Positions 44,728 to 55,027 of a DNA stretch of 64,000 bases are shown here, one piece after another. Both the position numbers and the translations under genes were made by a program. The DNA lies in assembly GCA_965213625.1 (NCBI GenBank), contig CBDBZU010000004.1, positions 672,001 to 736,000 of the forward strand. The letters are read 5' to 3'. Every line of letters begins with the position of its first letter. The first letter of the stretch is position 1. The notes below the pieces were generated by a model. It did no database searches, had not been told where the DNA came from, and worked only from the letters and a program-made list of their open reading frames with translations. Origin of the DNA: a bacterium. Lineage in GTDB: Bacteria > UBA8248.

Positions 44728-45540
44728 TCAATTACGATTAAACCCCTGCCTGCCGCGCGTCATGAGAATGCGCTTCCAAAATTCTTCGCGTTCAAGGATA
44801 AGGTCGTCGGAAGTTCGAGCAGCTCGATTCTCCAAAAGAGTGAAGCGGAAATGAGCACGACCATGATCCATCCCTCCTTGGGCCTCAAGCCATTCGCGCA
44901 GTTCGACATTGCCACCATGGCCGTTCTCGATATATTCACCCCAACGAGACCACACTCCTTGATCGCCATAAGCAGAGCCGACATACCGTTTCTCCACTTT
45001 CGTGTCGGTGATCAAATAGACACCCTTGACGCTCTCCAGTGCTCCTTTCCAATCTGGCCTGTCGTTTCGTATCAGCGTTTCCAATTCTACGAACGACAGG
45101 TCGACATTTTCATAGCCGGGAAAAGAACGCCCCGAATAAGACTCCCGTAGGATTTCCTGAATCTCGAAATTTTCAAAATGATTCTCGAAATTGAGGCGCG
45201 TTCCCCGGCCTCGAAAGGAGGACCGCAACTTGAGGCGCCCGATGAATTCCTTTCCTTGACCGGTCAGTTCAACCTCGTATCGATCGGCATGGCGTTCCTG
45301 GACCTCGAATACGCCGCCGAAAAGCCAGATATCGGTTTCGTGGTAAAACTGCATCAAAGAGAAGATATATGGCCGGTTGAAATCATTACGCTTTGGGCGG
45401 TATTCCTGCCAACCTCGCCATGCGCTCTTGTCGCTTAACCAAACCTCCAATGGCTGAGACACGCCGTTCCATCTGGCGAAATGCACTTTGAAGTCTTTTG
45501 GGTTATTTATTGACCAAATATCTTTCAAAAGTATCGACAT
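44728..45540 (-). CDS. GIY-YIG nuclease family protein
   Basis: GVYLITD...RYVGSAYG..RW...EREEFWK..L...N. Confidence 0.85.
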   Translation of the reverse strand: MSILLKDIWSINNPKDFKVHFARWNGVSQPLEVWLSDKSAWRGWQEYRPKRNDFNRPYIFSLMQFYHETDIWLFGGVFEVQERHADRYEVELTGQGKEFIGRLKLRSSFRGRGTRLNFENHFENFEIQEILRESYSGRSFPGYENVDLSFVELETLIRNDRPDWKGALESVKGVYLITDTKVEKRYVGSAYGDQGVWSRWGEYIENGHGGNVELREWLEAQGGMDHGRAHFRFTLLENRAARTSDDLILEREEFWKRILMTRGRQGFNRN

Positions 45541-45667
45541 GCTTTCAACATCTTTCCTGGTTGTCGGTATCGTTATGCACGCTCCGAGATATCGGCTTCC
45601 GGTTCAACAATCTTTCAGCAAAAAAACGCCCGCCGGGTGGCGGGCGCTTTTTGCTCGATAGCGAAAT

Positions 45668-46273
45668 TCAAGAAGGCAGGGGCACGTCTTTTCCGTAAAT
45701 CTGCTCGGACTGTTCTTGCGTCACGGGGTTTCCCTCCGGATCGTGGAGGGGATAGACCTTGAGCGTGCGCATGAATACCTGAAGGCCATAGTGAAGCGCC
45801 ACCATTGCGCCGAGTTCCATGATCTGCGCTTCGGTGAAATGCTTCTTGCCCTCGTCGTAGAATTCATTGTCCAGCTTTGCGGCGTCTCTGTACATCAAAT
45901 AGGAAAAGCGAAGCGCCCACTTCTCGGCGTCTGAGAACTGCGGGTCGTTCTCGAAATCCCCGCAGGCGGCCTCGATGCGCTCCTCGGTGAGGCCTTCTTT
46001 TTTCGCCTGCTCGGAGCGCAGGTTCGCAAAGTAGGTGTCCTGCGCGGTTCTGGCGAGCTGGATGCGGACCATCTCCTTGAGCTTGTGGTCCACCCCGCCC
46101 ATGGCGTGGGAGCGGTGCATGGCGTCGTGCAGGGCGGCGGCGTAGCCGGGTGCATGGGCCATGATGCGCGAGAACAGTTCATCGGGCGCCTGGGTCTCGG
46201 CGGTGCGCCCCATGACGCGCTTCCAGTCCTTCTCCTCAACCCCTTCCGGTTCGAGCGGTTCGATAATCGGCAT
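45668..46273 (-). CDS. AhpD/CMD-family protein lacking the redox motif
   Basis: DHKLKEMVRIQLARTAQDTYFANLRS aligns with the neighbour's DHKLKEIIRVQLSRRAFCNYUGNVRS. Confidence 0.85.
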   Translation of the reverse strand: MPIIEPLEPEGVEEKDWKRVMGRTAETQAPDELFSRIMAHAPGYAAALHDAMHRSHAMGGVDHKLKEMVRIQLARTAQDTYFANLRSEQAKKEGLTEERIEAACGDFENDPQFSDAEKWALRFSYLMYRDAAKLDNEFYDEGKKHFTEAQIMELGAMVALHYGLQVFMRTLKVYPLHDPEGNPVTQEQSEQIYGKDVPLPS

Positions 46274-46282
46274 TTCGTCCTC

Positions 46283-46945
46283 CTAGCTTCCGCCTGCCTG
46301 TTGCGCCTCGCCCTCTTCGATCGCGCGAGCGAGCGGTCCGCTCAGGTGCGAGACGGGGCAATCGCCATAGATGCGCCGCGATTCCTCCTGGCTCACCAGC
46401 CTGCCGTCGGGGGAGAACATGGGGTAGAAATCGAGCGTTCTGAAAAAGGTGTGGTAGCCCACGTTGAAGCCGATGAAAGAGCCGAGTTCCACGATTTCCT
46501 CGTCCGAGTAGTGTTCTCTTAGCCTCGCGTAGAAGGCCTCGTCGATCTTCTCGGGCTCGGAATCCATGAGTTCGCTGTATTCGAGAGCCAGTTTTTCGGC
46601 GTCGGAGAAATTCTCGCTGTCGCGCCAGTTGTCGATGCCGTCGTCTATCAACTCTTCCGTCAGGCCCGCCTGCTTCGCCGAAGCAGAACGCACGTTCCCT
46701 CAGTAGTTGCAAAAGGCGCGGCGCGATAGCTGAACACGGATGATTTCTTTCAACTTGTGGTCGATGACGCCGGTGTTGAACACCGTGCCCCAGGCGAGAT
46801 ACATCGATTTCGCCAATTCCTCGTTGTGACCCTGCATGGCGTGAAAAGCGGGATCGGGCGCGCGGTGCTTGAGCGCCTTGTTGAGGAAAGGTGCCAGCTT
46901 CGTCTTCTTCAGATCCTCGATGTCGAGCATGGTGATATTGGACAT
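46283..46945 (-). CDS. AhpD/CMD-family selenoprotein with a CxxU motif, 220 aa
   Basis: GCC TTT TGC AAC TAC TGA(46700-46702) GGG AAC GTG CGT joins ORFs 46700..46945 and 46283..46693 in frame; hairpin CTGCTTC-GGC-GAAGCAG at 46686-46670. Confidence 0.88.
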
Positions 46946-46993
46946 ATGTGTTCTCCCAAAGATGACGTACAGGATGAATTTTCGGTTATCGCC

Positions 46994-48361
46994 TCAGGAT
47001 CCGCTTTCCGCCTGAACGCGGCGCAATGCGGTGTCGAGAACAGATGCTGCACGCTCGGCTTCCTCTTCGGTGAATACGAGCGGCGGACTGAGGGTCACGG
47101 TGTTCGAGGGTCCTGCGGCGATGCCGGCATTCTTACCGAAGATCACGCCTTGCTCTTTCGCATAGGCCAGGACCTTCGCCGTGGCCGCTGTGGAAATGGG
47201 CGAGCCGTCTTCTTCAATCAATTCCACGCCCCAGATGAGGCCCACACCTCGCACGTCGCCCACGCAGGGGATGTCCGAGAGTTTGCCCAAAAGCCCGCCG
47301 AGATAAGCACCCACCTTGGCGCCGCGCGCGGGCAACTCCTCGTCCATCATGATCTCGAGGTTCTTTAGCGAGGCAGCACAGGCGGCGGGATGTCCGCCAT
47401 AAGTGTTTATCTGCAGGAACCCCGAATCGCCCTCGGCGTTCAAGGCTTCGAATATCTCGTTTGTGGTCGCCGTCGCCCCGATGGGGAGATAGGCGCTACT
47501 CAGCCCCTTGGCCATTGTCATGATGTCCGGCTCGATTTCGTACAGATCGGAAGCGAACAACTCCCCCGTTCGCCCGAAGCCGGTGATGACCTCATCGGCG
47601 ATGAACAACACGCCGTGGTTCCGGCAAACCTCGCGCATGCGCTTCAGGTAATCCGCAGGCGGGGGGATCACCCCGCCGCCGCCGATGACGGGCTCTGCGA
47701 TGAACGCCGCCACGGTCTCGGGGTCTTCGTAGCGGATGACCTCATCCAACTCATCCGCACACCTGCCGGCGAGTTCTTCTTCCGTCTCCGCGTTGCTGCG
47801 GTAGAAATAGGGCGCGCTGACGTGAATCACGCCCGGCAGGAGCGGCTCGAACATCGCACGCCTGAGCGTTTGGCCGGTGAGACTCGCGCCCCCGATGGTC
47901 GCTCCGTGATAGCCCTGGTGCCTGGCGATGATCTTGTATCGACTCCCGCCGTTCAGTCGCCCGTAGGCGCGGGCGATCTTGATGGCGGTGTCCACGGCTT
48001 CTGAACCCGAGTTCACGAACCAGACGCGCTCGACCCCCTCAGGCAACAAGGATGCGAGGCGCTCTGCGAGCCTGGCTGCGGGAGGATTCACCTGCGTCAG
48101 CGGATAGTAGGCCAGCTCGAGCATCTGGTCGTACGCCGCCTTGGCGACCTCATCGCGCCCGTATCCGATGTTCACGCACCAAAGGCCCGCCATGGCGTCG
48201 ATGTATTCCTTGCCGGAGGCGTCCTGTATGGTCGAGCCACTGGCTTTGACCACGACATCGAGGGGATTTCCCTCAATCCCGGAATGGTTCATGAGCGGAT
48301 GCCAGACGTGCTCCTTGTCCATCGTCCGCAGGGATTCGGCTTCGGCTATGGCTGGATTCAT
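46994..48361 (-). CDS. Class III PLP-dependent aminotransferase
   Basis: DAMAGLWCVNIGYG, SGSEA, YHG, DEVITGFGRTG, AKGLSS. Confidence 0.95.
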   Translation of the reverse strand: MNPAIAEAESLRTMDKEHVWHPLMNHSGIEGNPLDVVVKASGSTIQDASGKEYIDAMAGLWCVNIGYGRDEVAKAAYDQMLELAYYPLTQVNPPAARLAERLASLLPEGVERVWFVNSGSEAVDTAIKIARAYGRLNGGSRYKIIARHQGYHGATIGGASLTGQTLRRAMFEPLLPGVIHVSAPYFYRSNAETEEELAGRCADELDEVIRYEDPETVAAFIAEPVIGGGGVIPPPADYLKRMREVCRNHGVLFIADEVITGFGRTGELFASDLYEIEPDIMTMAKGLSSAYLPIGATATTNEIFEALNAEGDSGFLQINTYGGHPAACAASLKNLEIMMDEELPARGAKVGAYLGGLLGKLSDIPCVGDVRGVGLIWGVELIEEDGSPISTAATAKVLAYAKEQGVIFGKNAGIAAGPSNTVTLSPPLVFTEEEAERAASVLDTALRRVQAESGS

Positions 48362-48455
48362 GAAGGTCCCCTCTCGGGTTTCAACGGTTCGGTATCCACT
48401 TCATCGATGCGAAAATCTTAATGCGCAAACGGGTGCGGATCAACCGCCGGAAGAA

Positions 48456-49451
48456 CTAGCCCGGCGTATATTCGGGGTCTTCGCTCTTGATTCGAAATGC
48501 CTGGCGCCCGATACCCTCGATTTCGCCCTCTATCAGGTCGTCCGGCTGGAGGTATTCTCCCCACGAGGCGGCGTTGCCGGCCGGCGAGCCGGTGCCGATG
48601 ATGTCGCCCGTCCGCAGCGTAGCGATCCCCGATAAATACGATACCTGCTCTGCGATGCGCCAGACCATGTCGCCCGTGGTGGCTTCTTGTCTCAGTTCGC
48701 CGTTCACCCAGAGCTGGAGCCTCAAATCGTGAGGGTCCAGGCCCTCTTCGGGCAGCAGGATATAGGGGCCGATGGGAGCAAATCCGTCGGGGGCCTTCAT
48801 GGCGTACCAGTCGATGAATTTGCCCATGTTGAGCGTCGTGCGATCGCTCATGTCGTTGAACAGGGTGTAGCCGCCCACGTGATCCATGGCTCTTTCCACC
48901 GGAATGTTCTTGCCGCCCTGTCCGATGAGCACGCCGAGTTCGAGTTCATAGTCGAGTTTTTCCATAGAAGGATAGACGGGTACGTCCTCATACGGGCCGC
49001 TCACGCATGTGGAGGGCTTCAGGAAACAATAGAGCGGGAGCTCTTCTTTGAAATCATCCACTTCGGTGCGCGCCATCTCGGCGGCATGGGCCACATAGTT
49101 CCTCGCCATGCAAAACAGCGTGTCCGGGACCACGGGGGGAAGTATCTCGACTTCTTCCGGTTCATAGACCACCTGCATTCCGTCGAAGCGAACCGGGTCT
49201 TTTCCGCTCTCATGCGCTTCGAGCGCTTCCAGCGCTTCAAGAGCCTCCTCGGCCAGAGGACGGTTTAACTCGAGGTCCTCGATGAACTCCTCGCAGTCAT
49301 CGGGAATTTCGGTCTCGACGCGGTCCATCGTCTCCGCCGCCGATTCTTCTTCCAGCGTCAAGGCGTAGGCCAACTTGAGATCGGCGACTTTCTCGCCGAA
49401 CAAGACACCGATGCGCGCCTCGCCCGCCAGGCTGAAAGTACAGATCCGCAT
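48456..49451 (-). CDS. Fumarylacetoacetate hydrolase family protein
   Basis: NY..HA.E, FLKP, DYELELG, NDMSDR, GDIIGTGSP. Confidence 0.92.
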   Translation of the reverse strand: MRICTFSLAGEARIGVLFGEKVADLKLAYALTLEEESAAETMDRVETEIPDDCEEFIEDLELNRPLAEEALEALEALEAHESGKDPVRFDGMQVVYEPEEVEILPPVVPDTLFCMARNYVAHAAEMARTEVDDFKEELPLYCFLKPSTCVSGPYEDVPVYPSMEKLDYELELGVLIGQGGKNIPVERAMDHVGGYTLFNDMSDRTTLNMGKFIDWYAMKAPDGFAPIGPYILLPEEGLDPHDLRLQLWVNGELRQEATTGDMVWRIAEQVSYLSGIATLRTGDIIGTGSPAGNAASWGEYLQPDDLIEGEIEGIGRQAFRIKSEDPEYTPG

Positions 49452-49588
49452 GAGGATGAGCCTCCGGTTTCAAGTCAGCGACAAAGGGAATCCTACCACA
49501 GAGGAGTGGGCGATGCCGCACCACTCGTGTAACAACGTCCCGAGAAGTAAAGCTGAACCCAAACCCCAATGGTGCGGTCTGAATCGTC

Positions 49589-50404
49589 TTATTCAGCACT
49601 CCGGTGTCGGCCAAGAAAATCGAGAATCAGCCCCCTCGCCCTCTTGTTACGCGAGAGGTTGTGCGCCCGGCCTTCGAAGAGGTGAAACACCATGTTCGCA
49701 CCCCGTCTCCTGGCTTTTCGCAGGCAACTATCGGCTGGTCTGTTCCGCCGCCACGGGTCGTCCGCTGAGTACAGGGCGAGGATGGGCGTCCCGCGTGGCG
49801 AGCGAACACCGCGCCAGCATACGGAACCACTGATGATGTGGGCCTTGAAATCATCCCCCTCGTAGGCGGCGGCCGCAGTGCCGCCCTGGCTATGTCCCAT
49901 CAGGAAGAGGTTTTTCTTGTCCACCCACCGAATGCGCCGGACCCGGTACGCCGCGTGGTGAATCTCCTCCTGCCGCATCTGGTTCACCCGCCTGTGAGGC
50001 GCTCCTTTTATCCCCCGGCGCCGGGAAGGATCGCAGGTTTCCGGCCGGTATCGGCGGGCGAAGCTATCGGGCGCGATGACGGCGTACCCCGCCCGCGCCA
50101 GCAATCGCATATAACGTAAATTCCCGCGCCCAAGCCCCGAACAACCGTGTGAAAAAACGACGGTGGGGCGTTTTTTCTGAAGACTTGCGAGATTTCGCTG
50201 AATGAATTCGTCGCTCATCCTGCCTTCGATCAACTCGCCATTTATCTCGTTCATGAAATAGGCGGAATCGAAAGTGCGCCCCGCCTCATCGAACAAATCG
50301 ATGGTTTTCGGGTTCAGTCTTTCGAGCGCTTGAGCGCCAAAGAGCCCATTTCCCCCAAAAAGAAGAAAACAAACCACCGCCAGGATGAAACCAGGATGCC
50401 GCAT
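49589..50404 (-). CDS. Secreted dienelactone hydrolase-like alpha/beta hydrolase
   Basis: HGCSG, PDSFAR, GHSQGG, terminal His. Confidence 0.8.
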   Translation of the reverse strand: MRHPGFILAVVCFLLFGGNGLFGAQALERLNPKTIDLFDEAGRTFDSAYFMNEINGELIEGRMSDEFIQRNLASLQKKRPTVVFSHGCSGLGRGNLRYMRLLARAGYAVIAPDSFARRYRPETCDPSRRRGIKGAPHRRVNQMRQEEIHHAAYRVRRIRWVDKKNLFLMGHSQGGTAAAAYEGDDFKAHIISGSVCWRGVRSPRGTPILALYSADDPWRRNRPADSCLRKARRRGANMVFHLFEGRAHNLSRNKRARGLILDFLGRHRSAE

Positions 50405-50441
50405 GGATGACAAACCGGAGGCTCCGCTTTTCATAAGCCCC

Positions 50442-51677
50442 CTAGACCACGCCCTCATCTTCGAATTCTTTCAGCTCTGCTTCCGACACGCCGAGCAGGT
50501 CGCCCAGTATTTCCGCGTTGTGCTGGCCCACGAGCGGGGCGGGAGCGGCGTAGCCGCCTTTCATTTCGCTGAACTTGAAGGGGAAGCCGGGGGCTTTCGC
50601 GCCCTCCAGCCTCCCGATGGTGGGGTGTTCGAGGTCGACTATCATCCCGCGCTCCTGCATGTGAGGCCAGGCGAGAATGTCGTCGATGTTGTTCACCGGT
50701 CCGCAGATGACGTCGTGCTCGCGCAACCAGGAGACCGCTTCTTTCGTTTCGCGCCGCTTCGTCCATTCGGTGATGGTGGCATCGACTTCCGCGACTCTGC
50801 TCACGCGCCGGCTCATGTCCTCATATCGTTCATCGCCGATCAAATCTGCGCGCTCGATACCGCGCAGAATATTATGCCAGTGCGCGTTGGTGCCCGAGGC
50901 GATGATGACCCAGCCGTCTTTCGTCTCATAAGCGTTGAACGGCGCAAGCCGCATGATGCGGTTGCCGATGCGCGGCGGGAGCCCCAGTTGCTCGTAGCAA
51001 TCCATCGGTTCATCGAATATGAGCGAAAAGATGCAATCGATCATCGATATGTCGACCTGCTGACCCATACCGGTGCGCTCGCGGTGAAAGAGCGCCGTCA
51101 TGATGGCGCCGAACGCGAACGTGCCGCCAACGCTGTCGCCAAGGGCCGAACCCGCCTTGGTGGGCGGGCCGTCTGGAAACCCCGTTAAGTTCATGAGGCC
51201 AGAGGCCGCCTGCGAGACGGCGTCGTAGCCCTTTAGCTTAGAGTCCGGCCCCGTCTGGCCGTAGCCCGTGATGGAGCAGTAGACCAACGAGGGTTTTCTC
51301 GCGTGTAGCGTCTCGTAGTCGATCTTGAGCCTTTTCGTGACACCGACGGAGAAATTCTCCACCAGGATGTCGGATCGGTCGACGAGTCCGTAGAACATCT
51401 CGAGACCCCGGGGGTCCTTGATGTTCAAGGTAATCGCCTTTTTCGCGCGCGTACGCTTGAGGTAGGCCATTCCCAGGTCCTCATCCGTCTGGGGATGGTA
51501 GGAGACGCCCTTCTCGCCGATATAGGGAGGCGAGTAGGCCACTGGGTCGCCCGTGGCCGGATTGTCAATACGGATGACCTCGGCCCCCAGCCCCGCCAGG
51601 AAAAGCGTGGCCTGTGGGCCTGAGAGAAACTGCGTCAGGTCCAGGACGCGGATGCCTTCGAGTGGCTTCGTCATCAA
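50442..51677 (-). CDS. CoA transferase family III (CaiB/BaiF)
   Basis: PLEGIRVLDL, DILVENF, SITGYGQTGP, GYD..SQAASG. Confidence 0.95.
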   Translation of the reverse strand: MMTKPLEGIRVLDLTQFLSGPQATLFLAGLGAEVIRIDNPATGDPVAYSPPYIGEKGVSYHPQTDEDLGMAYLKRTRAKKAITLNIKDPRGLEMFYGLVDRSDILVENFSVGVTKRLKIDYETLHARKPSLVYCSITGYGQTGPDSKLKGYDAVSQAASGLMNLTGFPDGPPTKAGSALGDSVGGTFAFGAIMTALFHRERTGMGQQVDISMIDCIFSLIFDEPMDCYEQLGLPPRIGNRIMRLAPFNAYETKDGWVIIASGTNAHWHNILRGIERADLIGDERYEDMSRRVSRVAEVDATITEWTKRRETKEAVSWLREHDVICGPVNNIDDILAWPHMQERGMIVDLEHPTIGRLEGAKAPGFPFKFSEMKGGYAAPAPLVGQHNAEILGDLLGVSEAELKEFEDEGVV

Positions 51678-51685
51678 AAGCCGAA

Positions 51686-52228
51686 CTAGCTTCCGAGTAG
51701 AACTTTCACCGCCTGGCGAGCCGCATCGCCTGCGCGCGCGGAGATTTCCTCATCAGACAGCGTGCTCAGGGGGTGTTGGATGACCACGGGGTCGAGGCCG
51801 TTCATGCCTAAGGCCGCTCTTTGCACGTGGGCCTCATGCAGGAATACCTCGGTCACGACGACTGCCGTGGGCACGCCTTTTTCTTCCAGGGAGATCGCAT
51901 CGTGCATACAGCACGAAGTGCAGGAGCCTCAGTCGCCGATAGCCGTCAGGACGACGTCGTTCTCCTCCGCAATTTTGGCGATCAACTCAGGCGCCGCATT
52001 TTTGGAAAAGCTCTCTTTCTTGTAGTAATGAACCTCGGCGAAGGGGCCTTCCGCCTCCATCAGCGCCGTGGTCTTCTCGAGCAGCCTGCGCCCGTTCCAC
52101 TTCGTGTTGTCCAGGACCCCGAGTTTCAAGCCCTTCAAATCCCGGGCGCGCTGCGCAGTGGGCTGGGCCTCGGCCTCGACTACCCCCCTGGGGTCATAGA
52201 CGACCTGGCCTGTGATGACGTCGCTCAT
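51686..52228 (-). CDS. UGSC-family selenoprotein, 180 aa
   Basis: ATC GGC GAC TGA(51929-51931) GGC TCC TGC ACT TCG TGC TGT ATG = IGD-U-GSCTSCCM; joins ORFs 51929..52252 and 51686..51907; hairpin GCA-CT-TCGTGC-TGTAT-GCACGA-TGC. Confidence 0.9.
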
Positions 52229-52255
52229 TGGTTTCCTCCTGTTTATTCTCAAATT

Positions 52256-53350
52256 CTAAAGCAGACAGGTGCCGTCCACGCAGACGGGGCCGCCCTCGAG
52301 CGCTTTCCCGTCTATCGCACGCAGCACCGGATTCGTCATGTGGCCCCAGCCTGGTATGAAGGCCGAAAAACGGCCCGCATCCCCACCCGCCACGAACAGG
52401 TGGATGTTCTCGGGACTGGGAACGATGGGGATTCTTTCCTCCGGTTCGCGCCTGTACCACTTGGGGACGTTGCGGTTGTAGACCTTCCCGTAGCGGTGGT
52501 TGAACGAGATATCGGCGAACGTGTTCTTGGTGTGCATCCACAGATAGCTTTTCACGTCGTTTCGCGTCCAGTTCTTCGCGCTGATGGTCGCCCCATGCTC
52601 GGGGCTGATGATGACGGCACAAGAACCGCTGCTCACCGAATTGTTGTGCGCGATCGTGCTCATTGCCGAGCAGATGCTGTCGAGAATGCCCTCGGGGTCG
52701 TCCGAGATATGGTTCGTCACGCTGTGAGGCGCTTCCGCTGCGATGGCGAAGACCGTGGAATCCTCGGGCGCGTAGCCCTGTTCCACATGATAGGGCGCCC
52801 AAGGGCTGGCCTCTTCGTTCTCCGCAATGCAGTATGTGTATTTCGTGGGGCAGCCGAGCGTGCTCTTGTCCAAATCGCCCGGCCACGCGCCACCCACGTT
52901 TAAGAGCATCATCCGCACCGCGCGGCCGATCGTCGCATTCGCGCGGTTGCCCGAGCCAAACACGTTGCACCCTGAGTTCATGCCGATCTCGTTTCGAACC
53001 GGCCCGTTCACCACGATGAGCGGACACGCCATGTGGGTGGTGGCCTGCACGCCGTTCAGGTTGAAGTGGGAGTCGCAAAGCGCCAGCATCGCAGCGCGGA
53101 CGACGGGCGCGTACTCCGCCTTGCAGCCCGCCATCACCATGTTCACCGCCAGGACCTCTCTCGTGAGGTTGCCCCAGCGCGGGGGAACGCGGCATTCGAT
53201 GAGGTCTTTGTCTCCTCCCAAGGCCGCGACGGCGGCGTCTATCTTCTCCGGCGTCGGCGGTACGACGGGAAGCCCGTCCGAAAAGCCATGCTCGTAGTAG
53301 TACTCCACCAAGTCGACTTCCTGGTCCACTATATGTGTCGTCTGCGACAT
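52256..53350 (-). CDS. Conserved hypothetical protein, apparent UGSC partner (DGLPVVPPT family)
   Basis: DGLPVVPPT, AVNMVMAGC, QATT, RANATIGRA, ENEE.SPW; C-terminal CVDGTC. Confidence 0.85.
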   Translation of the reverse strand: MSQTTHIVDQEVDLVEYYYEHGFSDGLPVVPPTPEKIDAAVAALGGDKDLIECRVPPRWGNLTREVLAVNMVMAGCKAEYAPVVRAAMLALCDSHFNLNGVQATTHMACPLIVVNGPVRNEIGMNSGCNVFGSGNRANATIGRAVRMMLLNVGGAWPGDLDKSTLGCPTKYTYCIAENEEASPWAPYHVEQGYAPEDSTVFAIAAEAPHSVTNHISDDPEGILDSICSAMSTIAHNNSVSSGSCAVIISPEHGATISAKNWTRNDVKSYLWMHTKNTFADISFNHRYGKVYNRNVPKWYRREPEERIPIVPSPENIHLFVAGGDAGRFSAFIPGWGHMTNPVLRAIDGKALEGGPVCVDGTCLL

Positions 53351-53534
53351 GCCGAATCACTCCTGCTCGTTGAGCCTGAAAAATCCATCATAAACCGATT
53401 TTCGTAAAAGAAAAAGACGGGAGGGGGGTGGATAACATTCGTAAAAATAATTTTTTCAGGAAACCATCTTGCTTTCTTATGGATAAGACACTATCTTTTC
53501 TATAGATGACCGCTCAAGCATCATAGCTTTCCTC

Positions 53535-53744
53535 TTGATGTCGAATATGACCAATCGCAAAAATGACGAAACAAAACAATACGAAGATTTAAAAAAAGAC
53601 AAGGGGAAAAACCCCCATGCCGTAGCTCTCGGTCGAATGGGAGGCCTTAAAGGCGGCAAAGCGAGAGCTGAAAAGCTTACAGCCTATGAACGAACCGAAA
53701 TCGCAAAAAAAGCGGCTAACGCCAGATGGAGCAAGAATAAATGA
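53535..53744 (+). CDS. Small basic KGG-type protein (putative nucleic-acid binding)
   Basis: KNPHAVALGRMGGLKGGKARAEKLT..ER.EIAKKAANARW; stop overlaps the next ATG. Confidence 0.75.
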   Translation: MMSNMTNRKNDETKQYEDLKKDKGKNPHAVALGRMGGLKGGKARAEKLTAYERTEIAKKAANARWSKNK

Positions 53745-55027
53745 CTGCTGAAATCACAGTGATGAACAAGTCTGCTGTTGCCCTTGCTGCTGACAGCGCA
53801 GTTACACTTGGCCCGCCTGGAAACGGAAAAATATATGACACTGTAAACAAGGTCTTTTCTCTTAGTAAATTTCACCCCGTGGGTATAATGATTTATGGGA
53901 ACGCGGAGTTTATGAGAATACCTTGGGAAACCATCATTTAGATATACAGAGATGAACTAGGCGAACAATCATTCGCGACTGTGAAAGAATACTCTGATGA
54001 TTTTCTAAACTGGATCCTCAAAGACAAGTTTTGCTCTGAAGAACAACAAAAAGAAAACGTTTCCTTAATACTTATAACAATGTTCGGCAATATCTATGAA
54101 CGCTACCGAAGAGAATTATTTCATACCATAGAAACAAACGAAAAAGTCTCAATACAAAAAAAGCGTGCAATTCTGGACAAAACCCTGGAGAATTTTCTCA
54201 AAAACTTAAAATCAAAAAAAAGTTCAAATGTCCCAAGTTACAAAATTATGGAAAATTACGGAGAGCAGTTGAATAATGCGTTAGATATTTTTCAAGAAAT
54301 TAACCCTACGAAATCCTTAATTAACAAGTTTCGTACTTATGCCCGGCTACTGCTGACGAAAGATTATTTTTCGCCTCGCTCTTCCGGAATCGTTATTACA
54401 GGGTTTGGTGAAGACGAAATATTTCCCTCGTTTATTGAAACCCAAGTTGATGGCGTAATCAACGGAAAATTGAAATGGGAAGAAATTACTAGTGTAGACA
54501 TTGCTCGATCAGAATCAAATGCCTTCCTGAAGCCGAGCGCTCAACGAGAGATGGTTGACCGATTTATGGAAGGCGTAGATGAAGAGTATTCTAAGTATAT
54601 CCTATATTCAATCGAAGAACTTTTACGCAATTACGGTACAGAAATAATTAAAGCACACGAAAAAAATACCAGGAAAGCTCGACAAAAAATCGAAGGTTTG
54701 GATGCAACTATACAAAAGCAACTAGAAAGATTTCATGAAGCCGCAAATAAATACAGGTATGAACGATTTGTTGATCCTATCCTATCCGTCATCGTATCAT
54801 TGCCAAAAGATGAACTCGCTAATCTAGCAGAAGCATTGGTTAATCTGACATCTATAAAAAGACGGTTTTCGGAAGAACAAGAAACTGTCGGCGGTCCTAT
54901 TGATGTTGCTGTAATAACCAAAGGAGATGGATTTGTTTGGATTAAAAGAAAACATTACTTTTCGGCTGAATTAAACCCTCATTTCATCAATAGTTACCTT
55001 GAGCCCAAAGTAAGGACAGCCCAATGA
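53741..55027 (+). pseudogene. N-terminal-Thr Ntn-hydrolase / proteasome-like protein interrupted by one in-frame TAG
   Basis: MTAEITVMNKSAVALAADSAVT...KVF...VGIMIYG...PWETII-TAG(53939-53941)-IYRDE; same frame continues to ETVGGPIDVAVITKGDGFVWIKRK. Confidence 0.7.
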
